Source: Octopus vulgaris (Eukaryota). Taken from it: a stretch of 64,000 nucleotides of DNA. Below are positions 40,133-54,732 of this stretch, piece after piece. Both the position numbers and the translations under genes were made by a program. Every line of letters starts with the position of its first letter. Within the stretch, counting starts at the first letter, position 1. The stretch spans positions 64,418,001 through 64,482,000 of the forward strand of contig OX597830.1 of assembly GCA_951406725.2 (NCBI GenBank). Reading direction: 5' to 3'. The notes beneath the pieces are model-generated. The model did no database searches, was not told where the DNA came from, and worked only from the letters and a program-made list of their open reading frames with translations.

Positions 40133-41750
40133 CACCATCACTGCCACTACCACCACCACTATCACCACCGCCGCCTCTATTTCTACCAACAACAATGCCA
40201 CCACAATCGGCACCCGTCCCAGCATCACCGCTACCACCGTCACCACCAACCCTATCATAAACACTACAGCGCCACCACTAAATTTCTAACATCTACTCCG
40301 CCCTGCTGAAGCCTTCATTTTGGTCACGTTTGTTCAAGAGCTAAACGAACAGCAAACTGCAGTAATTTTTTTTTATCTACTTGAACGAAGATATAATGGA
40401 AGCGGTTTCAAATTACTTGCGTTAATGCTCTTTTATGATTCCTGCAAATTAGAAACAACAATAAAAGCGACAAGAATAACAATGCAATCTAATTTTTGCC
40501 ATCGTCTTTTTATAAATCGCACTTACATACACACATTAAAACATATTGACGTTCAAATACTCACACACTGCCGTTCTCTCAAGCGCCAACTTCAATGAAA
40601 AACCTCATCCACAACCATTGACACAACCCTCTCATAAGCATAGTCTTTTTACACGCTGATGGCTCCAGTAGTTTTATCTGTAAAGTGAAGTGTTTGTTCT
40701 ATCTTACGATCTCGCCTATTAACAATGATGGCGAATTCTTTGTCGGTTGACGCGTAAATTTTCTCATAGTAAGCCGTAGTGAACTAGGGAATTCTTTGCT
40801 AAATTTCTTTCGTTGAAACATTTTCTTATCACTGGAAATAATTCCTCCGCAGACATGAAACAAGCAGATGGCTTCTTACATGTGATCGCTCTCAAGTGTT
40901 GAATTATGTCTGGCTTTCAATCAAATGTTAAACATAAACACATCAAATTGGCTACATTAAGACTATCTTCAGCACAAGTTTTCGTTTTTAGATTTTTTTT
41001 TTCTTTATGAGGTATAGATAGAGGATCTGAAGAGACAAATATTTGATTGCACAAATACACAACTGATCTGACACACGCACAAAAAGGAAAAGATGAGGTA
41101 AATAAAACAAGAACTTACGGACACTCGTATGAAGAAATACATATGATAGCATGAATGTACATGTAAGTCTGTACGTATGCATCCATATCTATAACCTATA
41201 TAGTAGCTTATAAACAGGGTAAATTTATTTATTTCTCCCTCAACGAATATCGTACCTGATCGGGTTCCCAGTAAAAGTGTCTACATCAGTTTAACCAATA
41301 CTAAAATATGAGCAGCCGATTTGTTTATATACTAAACAAACCCAGTAAGCACAGAAAACTGGAGGTTCTAATTTGCATACCCTTAATGGGATCGCTGGTT
41401 CAAATTTCAGACCGGGTGATGTGTGTATGTGTTTATGAGCGAAACACCCAAGCTCCACGCGGCTCTGGCAAATGGTAAAGGTGAACTTATGCTGACTCGT
41501 CCGCCACTACTTTCTCTCACTCTTTCTTCCAGCATCTAACAGCTTACCAGGTGGGGAACCTATACGCCAATGAAACAGTGAAACCGGGAAAGCGGTCCAT
41601 ATGAGCCAAGCATCGCCCGATAAGGCACAAACAACAACATGTATAACATGCACACATCAGTACACGCATACACATGTATCTACAAACGAACAAGCGCGCG
41701 CACACACAAAATATATTTATACTTATATCTCGTATATTAGTCCTACAGAT

Positions 41751-42136
41751 GTGGAGGCACAATGGCCCAGTGGTTAGGGCAGCGGACTCGCGGTCATAGG
41801 ATCGCGGTTTCGATTCCCAGACCGGGCGTTGCGAGTGTTTATTGAGCGAAAACACCTAAAGCTCCACGAGGCTCCGACAGGGGATGATGGTGATCCCTGC
41901 TGCACTCTTTCACCACAACTTTCTCTCACTCTTACTTCCTGTTTCTGTTGTACCTGTATTTCAAAGGGCCGGCCTTGTCACTCTCTGTGTCACGCTGAAT
42001 ATCCCCGAGAACTACGTTAAGGGTACACGTGTCTGTGGAGTGCTCAGCCACTTACACGTTAATTTCACGAGCAGGCTGTTCCGTTGATTCGGATCAACCG
42101 GAACCCTCGTCGTCGTAACCGACGGAGTGCTTCCAT
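41751..42136 (+). mobile_element. tRNA-derived SINE family C, full-length copy with probable target duplication
   Basis: Head GGAGGCACAATGGCCCAGTGGTTAGGGCAGCGGAC..GGTTTCGATTCCC; agtcctacagat occurs on both flanks (41739-41750 and 42139-42150). Copies sharing the head at 31560-31832(-), 41395-41630(+), 42960-43145(-) and 51830-52018(-). Confidence 0.85.
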
Positions 42137-42757
42137 CAAGTCCTACAGATACACACACAATCAGCAATGTGCTATCACGCATGAAACGCTACCGCCAATT
42201 TTAGGGCTCATTATTTGATACTACTTTAAACTCCTATAATTCGACATAAATACAGTCACAACATCGAAGGATAAGCTGGATTATAGAATACGAGCCACGT
42301 TACATTATGAGAAATGCAGAAGTCTCTATGGATATTTTTCATGCTTTTACACACACGTGTTTCAATGAATTACACATGTCATCAGTAATGTGTGTTTTTT
42401 CGCTTTTCCTATTATATGTATGTTATTTTTATACAATCATGTTCTTAACAGTGACTTCGAAGTCACTGTCAAGAGCGGTTCTTGTATAAGGATATTAAAT
42501 TTGTACTCTACAAAAGTATAGGGTAACTCATCAGATGAATGAAAAATTGTATATATTTTTTTTTGTTTATTAGAACTGGATACAAAAACAATCATTCGCT
42601 GGCATGGCTGTGTGGTAAGAAGCTTGCCTCCCAGCCAGATGGTTCCGGGTTCAGTCCCACTGTATGGTACCTTGGGTAAATGTCTTCTACTATAACCTTG
42701 GGTCGATCAAAGCTTTCTGAAAGGATTTGGTGGACGGAAACTGAAAGAAGCCCATCG

Positions 42758-42816
<59 letters not shown>

Positions 42817-43187
42817 CTTTGCGTCTTGTCAACCGGTGTGGGTGTGTTTACGTCCCTGTAACTTAGCATTTTGGCAAACGACACCGATAAAATAAGTACA
42901 AGGCGGTGCTCCAGCATGGCCGTCAAATGAGTGAAGTAAAGGGGTAACAGAAAAAAAACAGAGAGTGAAAGAAAGTTGTGGCGAAAGAGTGCAGCAGGGG
43001 TCGCCACCATCTCCTGCCGGAGCCTCGTGGAGCTTATAGGTGTTTTCGCTCAATAAACACACAGAGCACCCGTTCTGGGAATCGAAGTCGCGATCCTTCG
43101 ACCGAGAGTCCGCTGATCTAACCACTGGGCCATTGCGCCTCCACTGAATTCAGTTGAGAGAGAAGAAACTAGTCGAGATGTTCAAGT

Positions 43188-43242
<55 letters not shown>

Positions 43243-43440
43243 GGGGAGAGAGTCATGCTGTTGAAGCATGCAGGGTGATTGCATAGCTAAGCTAAATGTA
43301 TATCTCTTTAATGTACACATGTAAATTTATTTACAAACTGATTAGCCTGAGACACGCTGTTTCGACTGACATTAATACGAAACGTACAGACATATACACA
43401 CGCATACACACACATATATGTGCATGTTCGAAAAACATCA

Positions 43441-43538
<98 letters not shown>

Positions 43539-44008
43539 TGTGTAATGATATATGTTTGTAGCTATAGTATATGCGTGTATATATACACATCAGTATATAG
43601 ATACAATAATACGTAACTACATATACATTTGTATATGTATATATACACATATACTTATGTATGCTAGTGTAACTTCATTTACATAAACGTAATTTTGTGT
43701 ATATATGTAGCTATGTTTATACATACGTACACGTATACATATACATAAATACATACCTACATGCATATACATACATTTACATACATATACACATGTATAT
43801 GTATATACATATATAAATACATACATATACGTATATATGTGTGTATATACACATATACACACATATATATATATACATATCTACATACATATGTGTACAT
43901 ATATATATATATACATATACACGTATATGTATATATATGTATATACATATACACATATATGTACATATATATATATATACACATATATGTGTACACATAT
44001 ATATATAC

Positions 44009-44071
<63 letters not shown>

Positions 44072-44489
44072 TTTATATATATATATATATATAAATACAC
44101 ATATATGTGTAGATATATATATATACACATATATGTGTAGATATATATATACATACATATACACATTTATGTATAAAATATATATATACATACATATACA
44201 CATATATGTATAAAATATATACATATATATATATATACACACACATATATATATATACACATACACACACATTCAGACGCACTAATACCACTGCCTCCGT
44301 CTCCGTCTTACATTAAACGTCTTACTGCTCTCCCCATCCCCTCACCCACCAAAGAAGACATAACACCCCCAACAGACCCCTAAACCCCCACACTCCTTGT
44401 TGTCACCTTCCCACCCACCCACCTAGCTTACTGGGTCGGCAGTCGTGGGAAAACGGTAGATGGTGACAGTCAATCACTACACATTCCAC

Positions 44490-45235
44490 TGGTAGTAGTA
44501 GTAGTAGTAGTAGTAGTAGTTGTAGTAGAAATTTTAGTAGTGGTGGTGGTAGTAGTTGTGGTAGTAATGGTGGTAGTAGTGGTGGTGATGGCAGTAGTGG
44601 TAGTGACGGTAGTGGTGGTGGTGATAGTGGAGTCGATGGTGGTGGTAGTGATGATGATAGTAGTGGTGGTGGTGGAGGGATAGTGGTGGTGGTGGTGATA
44701 GTGGAGTCGATGGTGGTGGTAGTGATGATGATAGTAGTGGTGGTGGTGGAGGGATAGTGGTGGTGGTGGTGGTGATAGTGGAGTCGATGGTGGTGGTATT
44801 GATGATGATAGTAGTGGTGGTGGTGGAGGGATAGTGGTGGTGGTGGTGGTGATAGTGGAGTCGATGGTGGTGGTGATTGATGATGATAGTAGTGGTGGTG
44901 GTAATAGTTGTGGTGATGGTGGTGGCAGTGGTAGTGTTGGTGTCGATGGTTATGTTAGCAGTGGTGGCGGTAGTGGAGGTGGTAGTGCTGGAGGTGGTAC
45001 TGCTTGTGGTGATAGTCGTGGTGATGGTGATGGTAGTGGTGGTGGTGGTAGTGCTGGTGGCGATGGTTATGTTAGTCGTGGTGATGGTGGTGGTAGTTGT
45101 GATGATGGTGGTAGCGATGCTTGTGAGAGTAGTGGATAAAGGTAATCGTGGCGGTAGTAGTAGAAGTAGTAGCTAAAATTACAGTAGTAGTAGTAGTTGT
45201 AGTAGTAGTAGTAGTAGTAGTAGTAGTAATTGTAG
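44490..45235. repeat. (GGT/AGT)n tract containing a ~74-bp unit repeated about 4 times (44610-44900)
   Basis: gatagtggagtcgatggtggtggt recurs at about 44623, 44697, 44774 and 44851. Confidence 0.9.
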
Positions 45236-45546
45236 TCGCGGTGGCGGCGGCGGCGTTGCCTGTATTGTGGATGGATGTCTCCTAATGCTTCTACCATTCC
45301 TATGTCAACTAAGTGACAATGGAATGAACACCACGAAATCACATCTATCTTTTCTCGTTAACCCCTGGACCTTTTCTTCATCAAAATCTTCTAATTACAT
45401 TGGCCGACAAACAATTTCGGGTGGACTAGAAACCATTTCAGATATGATTTCAAAACTGCCTTCCGTCTTATTTCAGCAGACAACAACGTTAACAGTTTCT
45501 GTTTTTGACATGACAGCAATTATTTCATATATATATTTATACATTT

Positions 45547-45589
<43 letters not shown>

Positions 45590-45654
45590 TTCATATATAT
45601 ACATTTCATATATATATATATATTTACATTTCATATATATATATATATATTTAC

Positions 45655-45696
<42 letters not shown>

Positions 45697-45747
45697 TACA
45701 TTTCATATATATATATATACATTTCATATATATATATATATATACGC

Positions 45748-45825
<78 letters not shown>

Positions 45826-45833
45826 TACATTTC

Positions 45834-45867
<34 letters not shown>

Positions 45868-46167
45868 ATATTTCATATCTATATATTTTATATGTGTATT
45901 TATTTATGCATTTATATATATATGCACATATATATATGTATATATATATATATATATACATTTGTACACATACATCTACACACACACACACATATGTGTG
46001 TATTTGCAATATTTTATATGTTTCAAAATATTTTCTTAGAGCATTGACATTTAATCTGTATTCATGATATATGCAAAAGTAATTTAGATCTTTTCTGCTA
46101 TGTTTATAATCGTACTTTTGCAACTTAGACGCAACAACCAACTGAACATATAGCACCCATCCATCAA

Positions 46168-46216
<49 letters not shown>

Positions 46217-46331
46217 TCATATATACGTAACTTGCTTTATGTCGAACTAATGACAGACGTGCTCAATAGATATCATAAAACATGATTTTTATTGATACTG
46301 AACAGTTTGTTTTCCATGATAATCACATTGG

Positions 46332-46408
<77 letters not shown>

Positions 46409-47619
46409 AACGTACTTCAGTTGCATAGAGTAATTGAAAGAGCAAGTAGGCACCAGGTGGGGGTCTACTCTATCTGTAGAAGGAGATAACACGACTATTC
46501 CTACAGAATGAAGCAACCAAGATTTTCTTTCTCTCATATTATGGGGAGAAGAAAGTAATAGTTGCGACTGCTAAGGGAAGCAAATGTGCTGAAACAATTC
46601 TTGTAATTTCGTGAAATCTCTTCAAACATTTGACGATGGTCAAATCGTTGTATGTATGGTTTGGTGTCTGTTCCACTACATCTGCGAAAGGTTACTAATA
46701 TGAAATAAGAGGTTGAAACTAATGTCAACATCCCAAAGAGTATATCGGAAAGCAAACACGAAGAAAGCGCTCTGAGAACTTTATCAGAAATAAAAGAAAG
46801 TATGGATATTTTTTATTAAAATATGCAACCGGTTTCAATAATTAAAATAGACGATTTAGTCATCTTGAAATATATGGGAAGATAAATTGAAATCAAATTA
46901 AATTACACTAGATCAATCTTGATTGATATTAGCTACTCTTAACCATTCCTGCTACTGCTGCTACTATGACCCAGAAACTATGAGAAGGAAACGAAATTTC
47001 AGCACCATGTTGTAAAACTGAAGTTAGTGGATAGTATAAGACGTTTTATTTCAAGAAAAAAATTAGATGCCGTAATCGAGCGATGAGCAAGGAAAACACT
47101 TCCCTCACGATATTCTTGCCATGGAAACAGGACACCAAGAACTCTGGAATGAAGAAATAGTGATTGACTGTTATCCGATACTACATCTCGTCGACCCTGA
47201 CCAAGTTTAGAATTTAAATCATAGCCACGACACATTTAAATTTAAAAACGAGTATAATGTATGTTCTTCTATTACATGTGAAGCCAAATGAATTTTATGA
47301 AAATGGGCGTAAAATTAATGAAGCATAAATTAATTACATGCCCGGTTTCTGTCCAAATTGCATTTCAAACATTATTTAATATACATTGATTTATTTAATA
47401 GATCTTAATTTATATAATAAGACTTAATTATTAATAAAAAAAAAAAACAGCCATATTTCAAAAACTAGACGTGCTGCGCTTGGGATATTTAAAATGGATT
47501 TAGAGCTAGCCTCCGAACATGTTTAGAAAACAGCTAACATAATCCCCGATGAAAGAGATATTTATTTTGTAGACCAGCGTTATCATAATCATAATGTTCA
47601 TGCTGATAATGGTGATCAT

Positions 47620-47651
<32 letters not shown>

Positions 47652-48022
47652 CAATGATCATCACCACCGCCACCACCACCAGCGCCATCACCAACACAAT
47701 CACTACCGCCATCATTACGACGACGACGACGTCTATCGCTACCATTATCACCATCATCATCACCAACAATCATCATCAAGGTTATCATTATCACCACCAG
47801 GACCTCCATAATCTCCACAGTCCCCCTCCACCACCTCCTTCACCTTCACAACCATCACAGGCACTTCAAGTTTCCTCTCCAACATCATCACAACCATCAT
47901 CATCAGCACCAGCACCACCACCACTCGTTGCCACGGTCGTTGTTTTCAAATGAACGATGGACAATTAGAAAATATTAATGACAAGACCATAATTATAAAT
48001 AATAATAATAATAATAATAATG

Positions 48023-48061
<39 letters not shown>

Positions 48062-49059
48062 GTAATAATTGCAATAAATCAATAATTGCCGATAAACCTA
48101 TGCGTATAATTTATTAATGAGGTTTGCCAACGATGTCAAGGCCATAATCCCATTTCTATTAACCTCGGATGGTGTCAGTGTAAACTTCCGTTACGTCACC
48201 ACGTCTCTAACCTCAGAGAAGAAAGGTGAATGGGGGCATCGAAGTTTCAATTCCGCACCCCTGCTGTATAATTATGGAGGTGGGGTGGGGGGCTGCTGTT
48301 GTTGTTGTAGGAGGAGGAGGAGGAGGAGGAGAGGAGAAGGAGGAAGAGGAGTAGGAGGAGAAGTTGAAGAAGTAAAGATAAGAAGAAGAAGAAGAAGAAG
48401 AAGCAGAAGAAGAAGAAGAAGAAGAAGAAGAAGAAAAAGAAGAAGAAGTAATAACAACAAGGAAGAAAGAGGAATAGGAGAAGGAAACGACAAAGAGGAA
48501 AAAGATGAAGATGGAGATGGAGATGAAAAAGGAGGAGGAGGAGGAGGAACCGAAGAACAAATAGAATTAGAACAAGAAAGATGGAGACGAAGAAGGTGAA
48601 AAAGAAGAACGAGACGGAGAAAAAAGGGGAGGTAAGGAGCAGGGGGAGTAGAAAAAGAAGAAAAGAAGAAAAAGCAAAAGATGAAAAAAAGGAGAAGAAA
48701 AACGTAGAAAATAGAGGAAAAAAAAAAGAGGTGGAGAAGAAGAAACGAGGGAAAAAACGAGGAGGAGAAAAAGAGATATGAAGAAGCGAGAGAAAAAGTA
48801 CGAAAAAAGTTTAAAAAAAAAAAAATACAACAATAATAACAACGATAATAACAACAACAAGAAACAAACCAAACAAATACGAATGCAGAGAAGCCGTCTG
48901 ATTCCCCCTGGGCTAAACATGGGTTCACAGCGAGAAGTAAGGATGTTTATACACAGCTAATATATTAATTTATTCCCAGTCTGGCTCTTTGCATAAATTA
49001 TCGTTGAGGAAGGATTTTAACGCTGTGGCTGTGTCTACCAGGCTGGTGGTGGCGGGGAT

Positions 49060-50050
49060 TTGTGAGTGTGTGTATGAGTGTGTATTTGTGTGTGTGTGTG
49101 TGTATTATTGCATGTGTATTTGTGTGTCTCTGTCAATATTTGTGTGTGTATGTGTATTTGTGCGTGTGTGTGTTTATTATTGTATGTGCATGTGTGTGTC
49201 TGTGTATATTTGGGTGTGTATGTGTATTTGTGCGTATGTGTGTGTATTATTTTATGTGTATGTATGTGTATTTGTGTGTATCGGTGTGTGTCTGTCAATA
49301 TTTGTGTATGTGCATTTGTGCGGATGTGAGTGTATTATTGTATGTGTATGTGTGTGTATTTGTGTGTATGTGTGTGTATTATTGTATGTGTTGTGTGTGT
49401 ATTTGTGTGTGTCAATGTGTGTCTCTGTCTCTGAATATTTGTGTGTTATGTGTATTTGTGTGTATGTATGTGTGTATTATTGCATGTATGTATTATTGTA
49501 TGTGTATGTGTGTGTATTTGTGTGTGTCAATGTGTGTCTGTGAATATTTGTGTGTGTATGTGTATTTGTGTGTATGTGTGTGTGTTATTGTATGTGTGTA
49601 TGTGTGTGTATTTGTGTGTGTCGATCTGTGTCTGCGAATATTTGTGTGTGTATGTGTATTTGTGCGTATGTGTGTGTATTATTGTATGTGTGTGTGTGTG
49701 TGTATTTGTGTGTGTAGGTGTGTGTCTCTGAATATTTGTGTGTATATGTGTATTTGTGTATATGTATGTGTATTTGTGTGTGTCGATGTGTGTCTGTGAA
49801 TATTTGTGTGTGTATGTGTATTTGTGCGTATGTGTGTGTGTATTATTGTATGTATTTGTGTGTGTAGGTGTGTCTCTGTGAATATTTGTGTGTATATGTG
49901 TATTTGTGTGTATGTGTGCGCATTACTGTATGTGTATGTGTGTGTGTGTCGGTGATTGTATGTGTATTTGTGTGCGCAGGTGTATGTGTATTTGTGCGTG
50001 AGTATGCATGCGTGCATGTATGTGTGTGTACGCATTTGTGTGTGCAAATG
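49060..50050. repeat. Degenerate TG-rich minisatellite
   Basis: Recurring tgtatttgtgtg / gtattattgtatg / ctgtgaatatttgtg modules. Confidence 0.9.
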
Positions 50051-51363
50051 CATATATGTACTTCCATTTTTCTGTGTATTTGTATGCATTTGTCTGAGTG
50101 TTATTTGCATAATAACCTATGACATTATACGTAATGTGCATTTCTGCACTTAAGTGTAAAATGGCCGAAAAGCTAAGATAAGTTCGCCTCGCAATCACGA
50201 CGTCCTGTGTTCAATTTCACAACAAGGCTCTCTTGTTCGCTTAAGAATGTTTTTTTCCAAATCACACTTTGAAGAATTTAAGACATGATTTGAAAGGAAT
50301 TTAAACAGCCGAATCCACAATAAATTCCAGCGTAGAAGAAGAACACTTCGTTTTACACCGGTAAACAGGTACGATTAGCAACAACAAGCATAATTGCTTA
50401 TTTCAGTTGATAGATGGCGTTGCGATGCAGCTCGATAAACAAACGAAGAAGTGATAGAAGAAAGAGACAAAGAGAGAGAAGGAGAATAAGAGAGAGAGAG
50501 AGAGAGAGAGAAGGAGAATAAGAGAGAGAGAGAGAAGGAAAATAAGAGAGAGAGAGAAGGAGAATAAGAGAGAGAGAGAGAAGGAGAATAAGAGAGAGAG
50601 AGAGATTGTGGGATGTTTGAGGGAATGGTGGCATGAGAGAGTGACGGAGGCGGCGATGGCGGTGGAGAGATGCGAAGGGGACTTGAGCAGGGTGGATGGC
50701 GGAAGACGGGAGACAGTGACACCCTGAATTGAGAAAGTCCCCCTTCCACCTCACTTCATCTTGCTCCCCCCTCCCTTCCTCCCCCTCCTCTTGCGTAAAA
50801 GGACACCGTTGTAACAACAGGTGTATATAGTGCTAGGTAAACAAAGGGTGATGGGGTGAGGAGAGAAAATAAGTAGTAGTGGTGGTGGTAGAGGTAGTAG
50901 TAGTAGTAGCAGTGGCGGTGGTTGTGGTGGTAGTAGTAGTGGCGGCGGTAGTGGTGGTGGTGGTAGTAGTAATAGTAGGGGTGGTGGTGGACGTGAGGGG
51001 AAAGCGCCGTCAGGGCCAGTAGCGATAATATTTGTATTGTTGTTTGTGTTGTTTTAGCCTTGAATTTGACGGAATTTAAAAAAAAAAGAATTTTATGATC
51101 AAAGACGTTTCAATCGTGACTATACCATTTTTTTTTTCATTTTGAGACAGTTTATCCAGTTTGTGTCCTTCATTTCTGACAGATTTTACCTTCTGTTTCT
51201 AGCAAATCGCGCAACCACATAAGATACTCTCTTGTGGTCCATAGTGGACAATGTTGTTGTTGTTTGTAGCGGTAGCGGCGGTAGTGGTGGTGATCGTGAT
51301 CGTTACTTTCTTCTTCTTCTTCTTCTTCTTCTTCTTCTTCTTCTTCTTCTTCTTCTTCTTCTT

Positions 51364-51394
<31 letters not shown>

Positions 51395-51448
51395 TTCGTC
51401 TTCTTCTTCGTCTTCTTCTTCTTCTTCTTCTTCTTCTTCTTCTTCCTC

Positions 51449-51483
<35 letters not shown>

Positions 51484-52999
51484 CTTCTTCTTCTTCTTCT
51501 TCTTCTTCTTCTTCTTCTTCTTCTTCTTCTTCTTCTTCTTCTTCTTCTTCCAATCAGGACTCACGCCATTAGCCACAAGGAATAATCTCTAATTCGAGCC
51601 TTCTCTAAGCTCCTAAGAATGCGTGTGGCAACTGGAAGATCCACCCAGCACACGCGATAGTCTGGCGGTTGCACGGGCGCGAAAGCTACGTGGTTATCCT
51701 CATTCTGTAAACGGTGGCTTTTAACGGATGGAGAGCTGAGCCATTCTGGGGTACAAAGGATTCGTAATCTAGACTAGGGTCTGAAAGTTTACCACACCAT
51801 AGTGTTCCTCTGTTTTGTGGCTGAAGTAGGAAGAGAGGGTGAGAGAAAGTTGTGGTGAAAGAGTACAGCGGGGTTCACCACCCCACTCTGCCTGAGACTC
51901 ATGGAGCTTAGATGCTTTTGCTCAATAAACACTCACAATGCCCGGTCTGGGTATCGAAACCGCGTTCTTACGACAGCAAGTCCGCTGCCCTAAACCATTG
52001 GGCCATTGCGCCTCCACTGTTGCTTTTGTTGTTGTTGTTGTTAAGCAACAAGATTGGTAAGTGTGATTAGGTGATGGTTTAGGGCTTAGGGGCAGGAGAC
52101 CCCAGACCTTGGAAAAAAAAAACTTTGGTCGTCTTGATGTAGTCGAGGGCCCTTCGTTGACGCCCGACACCACTGGGAGGTGGACCTCGAAGCCGCTGGA
52201 AATGGTGACCTCCAGGTCCAAATTCTTGAACGGCTGCTGTTGTTGGTGTTGATGGTGGTGCCGTCATCTTTATCATCGCTAATATCGTCGGCGTAGTAAA
52301 TTTCCTTTGATCTGCATTCCGCCTCTATTTATTATGATAGATGTTACAGGTGATCACAATTGGCATTGTTATTGCTGTTCTTGCAGACGGTGTCGCAGAC
52401 GCCGTTGTTGTTATGGAAGTAATTGTTTGTTTAGCAAAAAGCAGTTCCATGTATTTGCCTATTGATTCATCGCGGCATTGTTCTCTTGAGAAAATACACC
52501 ACGTTAAGTGGTAAGTATACACCACCAAACCCACGCCTTAGTTCCTTACACAACACCGTCTCCTACATACAATGGTCGACAGATATAGGCACAGATGTAG
52601 GTAGGCGACCGCGCGCGCGCGCACACACACACACACACATACATACATACATACATACATACATACATACATACACGCAAGTACAAATGTATTTACAAAT
52701 GTATATTTTTTATATTTACACACGTACACCGCACATACACACACAAGTATTTATTTTTATATATTTATATATAGACGGGTGTGCTCATTCACATATGTAT
52801 ATATATGTGTGTGTGTGTATGTGTGCATGTGTGTGTATGTGTGCATATGTATATAGACATATGTGTTTATGTGTATATATATATGAGTGTGTGTGTATAT
52901 ATGTGTGTGTGTGTATATATGTGTGTGCGTGTGTGAGAGTGTGTTTAAATACATTTGCGTATTTGTATATTTATATATAATATATTTGTATTCTTTTAC

Positions 53000-53550
53000 T
53001 ATTTTACTCTTTTACTTGTTTCAGTCATTTGACTGCGGCCATGCTGGAGCATCGGTTGTCAAGCGATGTTGGGGGGGACGAACATATACACACACATACA
53101 TATATATATGGATATATCCGACGGGCTTCTTTCAGTTTCCGTCAACCATATCCACTCACAAGGCTTTGTTCGGCCCGAGGCTATTGTAGAAGACACTTGC
53201 CCAAGGTGCCACGCAGTGGGACTGAACCCGGAACCATGTGGTTGATAAGCAAGCTACTTACCACACAGCCACTCCTGCGCCTGTATGTGTATATGTGTGT
53301 ATGTGTATGTGTGTGTGTATATATGTGTGTGTGTGTGTATATATTTGTGTGTGAGCGTTTGTTCCCCCACCACCATCTCTTGACAACCGATGCTGGTGTG
53401 TTTACGTCCCCGTAGTCTAGCGGTTCGGCAAAAGTGGCCAATAGAATAAATACTAGGCTTACAACGAATGAGTCCTGAGGTGGATTTGTTCGACTAAAGG
53501 CGGTGCTCCAGCATGGTCGCAGTCAAATGGCTGAAGCAAATAAGAGTAAA
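53000..53550. mobile_element. SINE family B pair: minus copy 53000-53282 and plus 3' half 53345-53550
   Basis: tttcagtcatttgactgcggccatgctggagca at 53020 is complementary to tgctccagcatggtcgcagtcaaatggctgaa at 53505. Confidence 0.8.
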
Positions 53551-53555
53551 ATAGT

Positions 53556-53588
<33 letters not shown>

Positions 53589-54125
53589 CACACACATATA
53601 TATTCTTTTACGTGTTCCAGTCATTTGACTGCGGCCATGCTGTGTGCCTGTGGGTGGAATTGAGATCAGTTGCGTGCGAGTAGAACTATATACGGGCGCG
53701 TATATGTGTAAGTATACATAGACAGCGTGTATAATGTGTACAGAAAATGTTAACAGATATTTTGATATCTGCTTCTAAACTGTGGAGTCATGTACAACAC
53801 TTCTTTTCGCACGAAAAGTGAACATGTGTAGACACGTGTCGTGAGTGGTTACATATGTACTTTTACACAAGGCATTATTCGTTAATCCAACAGCTAAAAT
53901 AGCGTAGGCATGATGGCTATTTCGTTAAGGGGCTCGCTTTACAGTCAAGCAATTTCAGGTTCAGTCCCATCGTGCCATACCTTAGGCATCATATCCACTC
54001 ACAAGGCTTTGTTCGGTCAGAGGCTATAGTAGAAGACATTTGCCCAAGGTGCCACGCAGTGGGACTGAACCCGGAACCATGTGGTTGATAAGCAAGCTAC
54101 TTACCACACAGTTACTCCTGCGCCA

Positions 54126-54173
<48 letters not shown>

Positions 54174-54227
54174 GTGTGTGTGTGTGTGTGTGTGTATGTG
54201 TAAGTATTTCATTTATGTCTTACGTAT

Positions 54228-54288
54228 TTATCGCTGAGGAGGGGAAAATTCTTATGAATTAACCCCGAAATTGGGACCAATACGGTAA
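54228..54288 (+). ncRNA. Type I hammerhead ribozyme (complete core, extended stem II)
   Basis: TTATCG-CTGAGGA-GGGG-aa-AATTC-ttat-GAATT-aa-CCCC-GAAA-TTGG-ga-CCAA-TA-CGGTAA. All three stems pair (one G-U in stem I); predicted cleavage after A54282. Confidence 0.85.
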
Positions 54289-54439
54289 TAACGGATATTT
54301 TTAGAAATTTCTATCGGCTTGTTTCGAGACGCTTAAATTATAATGGTTATTGACAATTTTGTCTTTTTCGGCATATTTGGCATTAGAATTTTTCTTTTGC
54401 CTTTATTTTATATATATATATATATTTTTTTTTTCAAAA

Positions 54440-54643
54440 TGTGACCTCGTGTGTACCGTTGGCGATTTTTTTTCCTCTGTCTTCCCTTCTCTGGATCTTT
54501 CCTTCTCCTATGCTTCCGACGAAGAGCTCCGCTCGAAACGTTAAACCCTTCTTCTTCCCTTCTTTCCTGAGCGTCCAATAATACTATATTTGTTCCACGT
54601 CCTCGCGTTGTTGTGTTATTTTGTGTTTTCTTGTTTGGATTAG

Positions 54644-54645
<2 letters not shown>
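54440..54645 (+). mobile_element. Related Penelope-like repeat, hammerhead motif at 54512-54546
   Basis: CCGACGA-A-GAGC-tcc-GCTC-GAAACGTT then ttcctgagcgtccaataatac; ends in (TA)n. The core has a U4-to-C change. Confidence 0.65.

Positions 54646-54732
<87 letters not shown>

Noticed and set aside
39813-40289. Thr-rich mucin-like ORF
   Set aside because: Degenerate (ACC)n tract on the strand opposite the vWA gene, with no splice or signal support.
52079-52092. TTAGGG-like telomeric repeat
   Set aside because: Only two imperfect units.
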